A stretch of DNA of 15,482 bases from a bacterium. GTDB lineage: Bacteria; Eisenbacteria; RBG-16-71-46. The stretch covers positions 1-15,482 of the forward strand of contig JAYWEM010000189.1 of NCBI GenBank assembly GCA_043779265.1. The letters run 5' to 3'. Made by a program: the position numbers and the translations under genes. A model generated the notes under the pieces. It had not been told where the DNA came from, made no database searches, and saw nothing but the letters and a program-made list of their open reading frames with translations. Each line of letters opens with the position of its first letter. The first letter of the stretch is position 1. Below are positions 6,320 through 14,533 of the stretch, one piece after another.

Positions 6320-9121
6320 ATGATCCGCCTCCACCGACTCGCCCGACGCCTCTCCGCTCTGATTCTCCTGGGAGCGATTGCCGCGATGCCGGCGAGTGCC
6401 ACGATGCCGACCCCTGCGGGGACCGTGCCGGGCCTCGTCGTGGACGGATTCGATCAGGGCCTGTTCGACTTGCCGGCACCCCTCGGGCCACTCCAGACCA
6501 GCTCGCAGCGGAACGAGTGGCTGATCCCCATCATCCGCGTGCAGTACCCGGACAGTTCGCTGGCCTTCGGGGCGAGCGCGCTCGCCTCGTTGCTGTTCGA
6601 CACGACCGGCGCGAACCCCCATGGCAGCCTCTCGGAATACTGGCGGACCGTCTCACGTGGGCGATTGCGGGTCCGTGGCGAGGTCGTGGCCACGGTGACC
6701 GTGCCGCGGGATCGGAATTACTACGCCAATGACTCCTGGGGCGTGAGTGCGATCTCGACGCCGAACAATATCGCCGGACTCATGAAGGATGCGGTGTTCC
6801 TCGCGGACCCGCTGGTCGATTGGCGCCGATTCGACCTCGATGGGGATGGATTCGTCGACATGCTGTGGCTGGTGCATCCGAGCCGAGGCGCCGAGATCTC
6901 CGGCAGTCGTCGCGATCTGTGGTCGATCACGTCGAGCATGTCGGGCGGCTGGTCCAACTCCGCCGCGATCGAGACACAGGACCTGATCCCCGGATCGACG
7001 ACGCAGCGAATCCGCATCGACCGTTTCTCGACCCTCCCCGAGCGATCCGGTTATGTCTCGGGAGCCATGAGCGAGATCGGCGTCTACTGCCATGAGTTCG
7101 GCCACGCGCTCGGATTGCCCGACCTCTATGACACCTCGACGCTCGGGGGCGCAGCGAACGTCGGGCCCGGGAACTGGTCGCTGATGTCCACCGGCACCTA
7201 CGGCGGCGACAACGCCTCCCCTTCCAGTCCGACCCACATCGGCGGCTGGGCACAGCGCTATCTCGGGTGGGCTGAGTGGTTGCACCCGTCCGTGGACACG
7301 ACCCTCACGCTCGGACCGCTCGGAGCGGGCGGCGGAGTCGTGAGTCAGAGTTTCGAGGGTGGCTCGAGCAGTGAGCACTTCGTGTTGGAGTGTCGGCACC
7401 CTTCGGGCATCGACCGGACCCTGCCGAGTCCCGGCCTGATCGTGACGCAGGTCGATGAGGCGCTCATCGGCCTGCGCATCTCCTCGAATCGAGTCAACAC
7501 CGGCCCGAGCCCCGCGCTGCGGATCATCGAGGGCGATGCCGACTCCGACCTCTTCCGGGGATTCAATCGAGGGGACAGCTCGGATCCATTCCCCGGCCTG
7601 CTCGGGATCACGCGGCTGGATGACGACACGTCGCCGGCGCTGCGCAGCCTCGCCGGCGCCGCGACCGAGCTCGCGATCGAGGGCATCACGCAACTCGCCG
7701 ACAGCATCCGCGCGCGTGTCCGCGTTCTACCGCGTGACTGGCAACCCGCTGTCGTCACACCCGTCCAGGCACCGGTGCCCTCGTTCGGCCCAGCGAGGCG
7801 TTTCCGAGTGCGAGGTGAGGGAACGCAGGTGCTCGTCCAAGCCCAGGTCACCGCATCAGGAGCGCAGGTGGTCGTTCACGAACGCCGTCGCGATCGAGCC
7901 TGGAGCGAGCCGGTGACGATCAGTTCGAGCACGGCGGGAGCCTACGAACCGACGGTGGCGCTGCTGCCCGGCGATGACCTCGCCGTGGCGTGGTCGGACG
8001 TGGCGGGCGGCTTGGCACAGATCCGCTACCGAGCGCGCATCCGCGGCGTGTGGGGAACCGAGCGGCCCATCACCCAGGCACCCGAGGGCGCCTCGTCGCC
8101 GGCCATCGCCGCCGACGAATCGGGCCGCATCTCGCTCGCCTGGCTCGACCTGGTGTTGGGCGCGCCGCGCGTGCGCATGCTGACATTCCTGTACACCGCA
8201 CCCTTCGGGACGCCCTATTCGCTGACGGGAACCGGCGACCTGCCCACCGCACCGGCCGTCGCTCTCTCGCGAACCGGCGAGACCGCCGTCGCGTGGGCCG
8301 ATCGCAGCAGCGGCCGCGACATCCTGTGGTTCGCGCGCCATGTCCCCGACTCGGGAATGGCGCCGCGGCTTCGTCTCGGACCCAACACGGCCGACAGCCA
8401 ACCGACCGTGAGCATCGAGTATGACTCCGCGGGTGCACTCCACTCGGTGTGGCAGACGAGCAGCGAGGGACCCTCGCAACTCCACTACCAGCAGCGATCT
8501 CGCATCGGACTCCCCTCCCCTCGCGACACGATCATCGAGGGAAGCGGCGACGCGGTTCAGAGCCCGAAGCTGACCGTCGACTTGCGGCATGGCGTGCATG
8601 TCGTCTATGAACGCTCGACCCTGGCTGGTTCCGAGATCCGCTATCTGCGCTGGCGACCCGGATCGGGCTGGGACCAGTTCCCGACCCGAGCCTCCGAACT
8701 CGGCGACCACCTCGCGACGCGGCCGGAAGTCGGCGCGATCACGCATGGAGGAGTGGACGTGGCCTACACGGACTTCGTCGGATCCACCGAAACGGTGCGC
8801 GTGCGCAGTCGACGCTTGAGCGGGGAGGGGGTGCTCGACGCCCCCGATTCCGGTCCTCCGCCCATGCGCGCGACCGGGCTCACGCTGCACCCGCACCCGC
8901 TTCGAAGCGGGCAGGTGCTCGAAGCGCGTGGCACCGGACTGACCCTGGGAATCCGTGTCGAGTTGATCGATGCGGGCGGCCGACGCGTCGCCGAGACGCG
9001 CGTGAGGCATGCGGGTGCAGCGCGATTCGCCGCGGCGCAGACGCAGGGCCTCGCCCCCGGCATGTACTTCGTGCGATATGCGGGGACCGACGTCTCGCAG
9101 CGCGTGGTCGTGCTCCGCTGA
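6320..9121 (+). CDS. Secreted M6-family (immune inhibitor A-like) zinc metalloprotease with beta-propeller and T9SS type A / FlgD-Ig-like C-terminal domain, 933 aa
   Basis: ATG 6320 follows AGGTGA; the ORF-track start at 5978 overlaps the GWxTD gene. Signal peptide MIRLHRLARRLSALILLGAIAAMPASA. M6 motifs GSLSEYWRTVSRG, FDLDGDGFVD, GVYCHEFGHALGLPDLYD (HExxH at 7091-7105), WSLMSTG (Met-turn), EHFVLECR. About 50-aa repeats follow, then a C-terminal LTLHPHP...LIDAGGRRV...GLAPGMYFVR...RVVVLR. Confidence 0.92.
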   Translation: MIRLHRLARRLSALILLGAIAAMPASATMPTPAGTVPGLVVDGFDQGLFDLPAPLGPLQTSSQRNEWLIPIIRVQYPDSSLAFGASALASLLFDTTGANPHGSLSEYWRTVSRGRLRVRGEVVATVTVPRDRNYYANDSWGVSAISTPNNIAGLMKDAVFLADPLVDWRRFDLDGDGFVDMLWLVHPSRGAEISGSRRDLWSITSSMSGGWSNSAAIETQDLIPGSTTQRIRIDRFSTLPERSGYVSGAMSEIGVYCHEFGHALGLPDLYDTSTLGGAANVGPGNWSLMSTGTYGGDNASPSSPTHIGGWAQRYLGWAEWLHPSVDTTLTLGPLGAGGGVVSQSFEGGSSSEHFVLECRHPSGIDRTLPSPGLIVTQVDEALIGLRISSNRVNTGPSPALRIIEGDADSDLFRGFNRGDSSDPFPGLLGITRLDDDTSPALRSLAGAATELAIEGITQLADSIRARVRVLPRDWQPAVVTPVQAPVPSFGPARRFRVRGEGTQVLVQAQVTASGAQVVVHERRRDRAWSEPVTISSSTAGAYEPTVALLPGDDLAVAWSDVAGGLAQIRYRARIRGVWGTERPITQAPEGASSPAIAADESGRISLAWLDLVLGAPRVRMLTFLYTAPFGTPYSLTGTGDLPTAPAVALSRTGETAVAWADRSSGRDILWFARHVPDSGMAPRLRLGPNTADSQPTVSIEYDSAGALHSVWQTSSEGPSQLHYQQRSRIGLPSPRDTIIEGSGDAVQSPKLTVDLRHGVHVVYERSTLAGSEIRYLRWRPGSGWDQFPTRASELGDHLATRPEVGAITHGGVDVAYTDFVGSTETVRVRSRRLSGEGVLDAPDSGPPPMRATGLTLHPHPLRSGQVLEARGTGLTLGIRVELIDAGGRRVAETRVRHAGAARFAAAQTQGLAPGMYFVRYAGTDVSQRVVVLR

Positions 9122-9135
9122 CGCTGCGACTCCTC

Positions 9136-10242
9136 ATGGTCGCCGCTGTAGCGGCGCCCCTCCTGCTCGGCGGCGTCCTGCCGGTCGAGACGTCGCTGGA
9201 GGAGCGATGGCCGGCCGCCGGCGCGTGGCTCATGCCCGTTGGCGATCTCTACTCACTGGGCGCCTCGTACCCCGGTGCCCCCGTTTTCCGCGAGAGCCGG
9301 GGCATCCGTCGCCGCGCCGGGCGCATCACGCATCAGGGCAGCGACCTGCTGAACGGCCGGGCGGGTGACACGGTGCGCGCAGTCGCGCACGGCATCGTCC
9401 TCAAGGCGTCGCGCAGCGAGCGGGACGGATACGGGGACCATGTCGTGATCGCGCACCGCGATCGCCAGGGAGCCATCCACTACAGCATCTACGCTCACCT
9501 GCTCTCGCGGTCCATTCGGATCGGCAACGGCGACGTCGTGGCGGCCGGACAGCCGATCGCGCGGGTTGGCAGCACCGGACGGGCCACGACCCCTCACCTC
9601 CACTTCGAGGTCCGCGACGGAGCCGACCCCGGACGCCAGTGGGAACTCGCGCCGGTGATCGAACCGATCGCCTTCATCCAGGAGCGTCTGCCCGCGCTGA
9701 GAGAGGACGGGAGTTGGGCGGGACTCTATCTGGAGTGGGGGGAGCGTGCCGCTCTCGTTCCGGCGGGAACGCACGCCGACGACGCACTGTCGCGCGAGCG
9801 CTGGTGGAGGATGATCGCGCACAGCGCGATGAGCCCGCTGCTCGGGAATGACCGTGACGCCGCACGCCTGAGAGACACGCTCATCGCACTCGGCGTGCTC
9901 CCCGAGGATGAGGCGGGCGGCGCACCCGAGCATGCGATGAACTGGTCGGATCTCTCACGCGATGTCCGTCGGCTGCGCGACCTCGGAGTCCGGCTCCCGC
10001 CCGCGCCGTCCAGTCGCGACTCCCTGCGCGCGATGTGCGAGTTGCGGCTCGGCTGTGAACGCCCGGCTCGCAAGCCCCGCGAGATCGCTCGTCTCGCCGA
10101 CCCGCCCACGGTCGGCCTCGTCTGCCTCGTGCTGGCCGACCTGGCCGGCGAGGCCGGCGTCGGGCCATCGGAACCGACGAAGGAGATCTCGGAACCGTCC
10201 ACTCGTAGGCTCCCGAAGTCGCGCAAGCGAAGCCGGCGCTGA
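9136..10242 (+). CDS. M23-family metallopeptidase (probable peptidoglycan endopeptidase) with a helical C-terminal region
   Basis: HQGSD (HxxxD), VRAVAHGIV, GYGDHVVIAH, YSIYAHL, GDVVAAGQPIARVGSTGRATTPHLHFEVR (HxH). Hydrophobic N-terminus. The true start may be CTG at 9118. Confidence 0.9.
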   Translation: MVAAVAAPLLLGGVLPVETSLEERWPAAGAWLMPVGDLYSLGASYPGAPVFRESRGIRRRAGRITHQGSDLLNGRAGDTVRAVAHGIVLKASRSERDGYGDHVVIAHRDRQGAIHYSIYAHLLSRSIRIGNGDVVAAGQPIARVGSTGRATTPHLHFEVRDGADPGRQWELAPVIEPIAFIQERLPALREDGSWAGLYLEWGERAALVPAGTHADDALSRERWWRMIAHSAMSPLLGNDRDAARLRDTLIALGVLPEDEAGGAPEHAMNWSDLSRDVRRLRDLGVRLPPAPSSRDSLRAMCELRLGCERPARKPREIARLADPPTVGLVCLVLADLAGEAGVGPSEPTKEISEPSTRRLPKSRKRSRR

Positions 10243-10248
10243 GGCCGA

Positions 10249-10896
10249 TCACCCCTCGAGTCGCAACTCGGACTGCGGCGGGTAGCGGCGTTTGAGATCC
10301 TCGACCAACGAGCGGAAAGCCGGGGTGTCTCCCTGCAGTGGCACGTGGTCGGTATCGATGGTGATGACCTCGCCCTGGAGCGCAGCACGGCGCATCCAGT
10401 CATCGTAGGCGTCGTTCAGCCGCCGGATGTACTCGGGCGTGATGGCCTTCTCGCTCTCCCGCCCGCGCTTGGCGATCCGCCCCATCAACGTCTCGGAGCT
10501 CGCCTTCAGATAGAGGATCAGATCGGGCGGTCGCAGGAACGAGATCATGCAATCGAACAGCGCCGTGTAGTTGTCATGGTCCACTTCCGTCATCGACCCC
10601 TGCGCGCGCAACGTGCGGGCGAAGATCTCGGCATCCTCGTAGATCGTGCGATCCTGGATGAACGGCAGCGTGCTGCGACTGATCTCGACCTGGGCCTTGA
10701 AGCGCTCGCTGAGGAAATAGATCTGGAGATGGAAACTCCAGCGCGCCATATCCTGGTAGAAGGGGTCCAGATACGGATTCTGGATCACCGGCTCGTAGTA
10801 GGCGACCCACCCGAGCTCGGTGCTGAGGCGATGCGTCAGTTCGGTCTTGCCCACACCGATGTTGCCGGCGATCGCGAAGAAGTACCCCTGACTCAA
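10249..10896 (-). CDS. Deoxynucleoside kinase (dCK/dGK/dAK family), about 215 aa
   Basis: P-loop AIAGNIGVGKT, EPVIQNPYLDPFYQDMARWSFHLQIYFLSERF, QDRTIYED, PDLILYL, lid RIAKRGRESE. TTG at 10896 is 7 nt after GGAGGT. In-frame alternatives are ATG 10911 and ATG 10938 (TGATG overlap with the regulator stop). Confidence 0.93.
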   Translation of the reverse strand: MSQGYFFAIAGNIGVGKTELTHRLSTELGWVAYYEPVIQNPYLDPFYQDMARWSFHLQIYFLSERFKAQVEISRSTLPFIQDRTIYEDAEIFARTLRAQGSMTEVDHDNYTALFDCMISFLRPPDLILYLKASSETLMGRIAKRGRESEKAITPEYIRRLNDAYDDWMRRAALQGEVITIDTDHVPLQGDTPAFRSLVEDLKRRYPPQSELRLEG

Positions 10897-10937
10897 ACGC
10901 CCCACCTCCATTCGAGAGCCCGCCTCGCGTGAGGTCA

Positions 10938-12350
10938 TCAAGAAGCCTCGTCCTCACTGTCCTCTTCCGCATCGCCCGCGAGATCCGGGCGACGATACCG
11001 CGTCGCGTCCAGGCCGTGCTTCTTGATCAGGTCGTGGAGCGTGGGCCGGCTGATGTCGATGTCGCGGGCGGCGCGGGTCACGTTCCCTGCGTTGCGGACG
11101 AGCGAATCCACGATCAGCGCGAGCTCCGCCTCATCACGAGCGGCTTGCAGCGTCGGGAGCAGCTCACTCGTGCCACCCGCCGATTCGAGCTCCAGGTCCT
11201 CGGGTCGAAGATACGCGTCGGCCGCGAGGATCACCGCCCGCTGCACTCGATTCTCGAGTTCGCGAACGTTGCCGGGCCATCCATGTGCAGTCATCGCCCG
11301 CAGCGCCGCCTGGGTGAACCCCTTGAGCCGTCGCTTGTGGTGACGGCCGTAGTACTCGAGGAAGTACTCCGCCAGGATCCGCAGATCATCGCCTCGATCG
11401 CGCAGCGGCGGGACGTGCACACGCACCACACTGACCCGGTAGTAGAGATCCTCGCGGAACCGCCCCTCGGCGATGAGGGCGGGCAGGTCGCGATTGGTCG
11501 CGGTCACGACTCGCGCATCCACGCGCGTCGACTCGCGACCGCCGACGCGTTCGATCACATGATCCTGGAGGAATCGCAACAGCTTGACCTGCAAGTGCGT
11601 CGGCAGTTCTCCGAGTTCATCGAGGAACAGCGTGCCCTTGTCCGCCAGCTCGAAGCGACCCTCTCGCGTTCGGTGAGCGTCCGTGAAGGCGCCCTTCTCG
11701 TGCCCGAACAGCTCACTCTCGAGCAGGTTCTCCGGGATGGCGCCGCAGTTGATGGGGACGAAGGCCTCCTCACGCCGGACTCCCGCCTGATGGATCGCGT
11801 GCGCGACGAGTTCCTTCCCGGTTCCGTTCTCGCCGCTGATGAGCACGGGCGCATCGGTTGGCGCGACGCGCTGCGCGAGCGAGAACACCTTGCGCATCGC
11901 CTCGGACTCGCCGATCAACCGATGGTATCGCTTTCGAAAGGCGGGCACCTCGGCATTCTGGGCCTGCTCGATGTCGCGGATGTGGAGCGCGCGACGCAGG
12001 ATGACCTTCAACTCGTCGAGTTGGATCGGCTTCGCATACCAGTCGACGGCGCCTCGCCGGATCGCGGCGATCGCGTTCTCCCGACTGTCGTTCCCCGTCA
12101 CCATGATGACCTTGGTGTGGGGGTGGCGCTCGACGATCTCATCGAGCAGGGCGAGGCCCTCCGGCGGCGCTCCCGCTGGGCCGAGCGTCACGTCGAGTGT
12201 GACGACGGCCGGCTTCTCGTCGCGGAGCATCCGCCTCGCCTCCTCGGCGGTCGCGGCCGTCACGACGTCGTACTGGTCGGCAAGTCCCCAGCGAAGCTGA
12301 TTGCGGATGCTGTCCTCGTCATCGACGATGAGGATCTTGTCCAGACTCAT
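10938..12350 (-). CDS. prsR: Sigma54-dependent NtrC-family response regulator, PEP-CTERM-box PrsR-like, 470 aa
   Basis: ATG 12350 overlaps the kinase stop (ATGA) after AGGAGA. Receiver ILIVDDE...QLRWGL...VVTLDVTLGP...EGLALL resembles PrsR. Walker A GENGTGKE, ESELFGHEKGAFTDA, Walker B LFLDE, FREDLYYR, WPGNVRELEN. Fis-type HTH GNVTRAARDIDISRPTLHDLIKKHG. It directly follows a PrsK-like kinase. Confidence 0.88.
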   Translation of the reverse strand: MSLDKILIVDDEDSIRNQLRWGLADQYDVVTAATAEEARRMLRDEKPAVVTLDVTLGPAGAPPEGLALLDEIVERHPHTKVIMVTGNDSRENAIAAIRRGAVDWYAKPIQLDELKVILRRALHIRDIEQAQNAEVPAFRKRYHRLIGESEAMRKVFSLAQRVAPTDAPVLISGENGTGKELVAHAIHQAGVRREEAFVPINCGAIPENLLESELFGHEKGAFTDAHRTREGRFELADKGTLFLDELGELPTHLQVKLLRFLQDHVIERVGGRESTRVDARVVTATNRDLPALIAEGRFREDLYYRVSVVRVHVPPLRDRGDDLRILAEYFLEYYGRHHKRRLKGFTQAALRAMTAHGWPGNVRELENRVQRAVILAADAYLRPEDLELESAGGTSELLPTLQAARDEAELALIVDSLVRNAGNVTRAARDIDISRPTLHDLIKKHGLDATRYRRPDLAGDAEEDSEDEAS

Positions 12351-14533
12351 GCGTTCTCCTGTGCACCCGAGGCAGCCTCGATGACCTCGCTCTCCGGACG
12401 CTCTCCGGCCCACGGTACACGGACGCGGAAGGTGGCGCCCTCACCGGGGCGACTGATCCCTTCGATCCGGCCGCCGTGCGCCTCGATGATGCCGCGGCAC
12501 TGGGCCAGCCCGATCCCGAGCCCGCCGCGCTTCGTCGTCTGGAACGGTCGGAAGAGCCGGGTGCGCACGAACTCCTCACTCATCCCACGACCATCGTCCG
12601 TCACCTCGATCACCAGCCAGTCGGAGTCCGCATCCCGCTCTCGAGTCACGTTGAGGCTGATGCGTCCGGCATCCCCGATCGCCTCACGCGCATTGATGAG
12701 CAGATTGACCAGGACCCGCGAGATCCGACGTCGATCCACCACGACCTCGTCGCTGCCGTGCTGCACATCGACGCTCAGCGTCACGCCCTGGCGCTCACCC
12801 AGCCCGAGACCCGACACGAGGAGAGCATCGTCGACGATCGCACGCACCTCGCAGGGCCCGGATGAGATCGGCGGCTGCCGCCCCACGCCGGAGACCTGAT
12901 CCATGAGTTCGCGAAGCGATGCCACGGTCCGCTCGACGACTCCCATCGCATCGCGCTGGAAGTCGGGGTTGCCCAAGTGACGCTTGGCATTCTCCACCAC
13001 GAGTGAGAGACCGGAGACTTGGTTCTTGATGTCATGCAGAACGTAGCTCGAGAGCCGGTGCAGCGATTCGAGCTGACGCGCCTCCGCCATCTGCTCCGCC
13101 TGACGCGCCGCCCACAACGAGGCGGCGAGGTGATGGGACAGTGCGGCGAGGAACTCGACATCCTCCCACGACCACGGTTCCCCTCCCCGCCTCGCGGACA
13201 CCCAGAGCAGCCCCACGAGGTCCGGCCCCATCGCGAGCGGCGCGCACACGGCGGCCTGCATGCCCTCACGCCAGGGTTCGGACTCGACGACGATCGACAG
13301 ATGGTCGAGATCGCGGTCGAGTTCGCGGAACACGATCGGGACCGGACGGGCCCGCAGTTTCTCGACGACCGGGTGATTCGATCGGATCTCGGCGGGAAGA
13401 TGCGCTTCGCCGTGGCAGCGTCTCAGGTGACCATCGTCATCCCGGAGATAGAGCGCGACATGCTCGGTATCGAACACCGAACTCACGAGCCCCTCGATTC
13501 GCCGGCACATCTCATCGGGCCTTGCGCTCGGTGTGAGCTCGGTGCTCACGCGCTCCCACTCCCGCCGGTAATCGTAACGATTGGCGTAGAGGTTGCGATC
13601 GATGAATCTCCGGATGGCCCGACCGGTCGCGGGATGAACAAGTAGCAGAAGACCACCCCCGCCGACGGCGATGAGGAACGAAACCGTCACGCCGAGGCGC
13701 CACGTATCCGGCATGGCCGGAACCAGACGGCTGAGGATGGCCGTGCCGAGCAGGAAGGCTCCGGCCAGCGTGAGCGAGACAGACGAGTAGTAGATCACCG
13801 GGCGTGCGACCGGGACGCTCATGTCCGACAGTCGACGACGGGCAAGCGCCAGCGCGGCCACCGAACCCGCAGCGAAGATGACGGGGGCGCTGGTGACGAG
13901 CCACCGCACGCGAAGACCGCCATGCAACAGCGCGGCGGAGACCACCAGCAGCTCGGCCAGGATGGCGACGAGGATCGCGAGGAACAGCGGACGGAGGCGT
14001 TCCTGCCCCTTCACGGGGGCATTGCGCAACATGCTCTCGAGATTCATGAGCACGACGACCATCGCCACCACGAGGTACATCAGATAGAGCTTGCCCAGCG
14101 CTCCGAAGATGATGATCCCCTCGGGGCCACCACCCTCGACGCGGCGGATCACCGCCGAGGAGTCCGCGATCGAGCTGAGCAGGAGACAGCCGAGGAGCGA
14201 GAGCGCGAGATAGGCGCCGGCCTCCCGGAGATGCTGGCGCGGGTCGGGCCGCCCGAGCACGACACTGAGCGTCAGCCACAGCCACGAGACGAGCGAGGAC
14301 ACGCGGACCAGATAGGTGGCCCAGTCGTTCGATCCCGCGAAGCTCTGGCCATGCACGAGTCCCAGCGTCCCGGCGTGGAAGGCCGCGAATGAGAGGAACG
14401 CCGAGGAGAACAGCAAGGTGGTGAGCCAGTGCCCGCGCCGCAGCAGCGCCAGCAGGCCGATCGACGTGAGCAGCAGCGCCGTGGCGGTGACGGCCGCGGC
14501 TTGGACAGGCGAGGCGGTCCAACTCCAGTTCAT
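12347..14533 (-). CDS. prsK: Membrane-bound GAF-domain histidine kinase, PEP-CTERM system PrsK-like, 728 aa
   Basis: ATG 14533 overlaps the upstream stop (ATGA). Roughly 9 hydrophobic segments with MNLESMLR. Linker FIDRNLYANRYDYRREW matches the PrsK YDYRxEW signature. GAF domain, H-box SSYVLHDIKN, N-box NLLINAREA, DDGRGMSEEF, LFRPFQTTKRGGLGIGL. Confidence 0.88.
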   Translation of the reverse strand: MNWSWTASPVQAAAVTATALLLTSIGLLALLRRGHWLTTLLFSSAFLSFAAFHAGTLGLVHGQSFAGSNDWATYLVRVSSLVSWLWLTLSVVLGRPDPRQHLREAGAYLALSLLGCLLLSSIADSSAVIRRVEGGGPEGIIIFGALGKLYLMYLVVAMVVVLMNLESMLRNAPVKGQERLRPLFLAILVAILAELLVVSAALLHGGLRVRWLVTSAPVIFAAGSVAALALARRRLSDMSVPVARPVIYYSSVSLTLAGAFLLGTAILSRLVPAMPDTWRLGVTVSFLIAVGGGGLLLLVHPATGRAIRRFIDRNLYANRYDYRREWERVSTELTPSARPDEMCRRIEGLVSSVFDTEHVALYLRDDDGHLRRCHGEAHLPAEIRSNHPVVEKLRARPVPIVFRELDRDLDHLSIVVESEPWREGMQAAVCAPLAMGPDLVGLLWVSARRGGEPWSWEDVEFLAALSHHLAASLWAARQAEQMAEARQLESLHRLSSYVLHDIKNQVSGLSLVVENAKRHLGNPDFQRDAMGVVERTVASLRELMDQVSGVGRQPPISSGPCEVRAIVDDALLVSGLGLGERQGVTLSVDVQHGSDEVVVDRRRISRVLVNLLINAREAIGDAGRISLNVTRERDADSDWLVIEVTDDGRGMSEEFVRTRLFRPFQTTKRGGLGIGLAQCRGIIEAHGGRIEGISRPGEGATFRVRVPWAGERPESEVIEAASGAQENA

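Noticed and set aside
10929..12899. 656-aa plus-strand ORF
   Set aside because: It is antisense to prsR/prsK, a familiar spurious ORF type opposite sigma54 activators.
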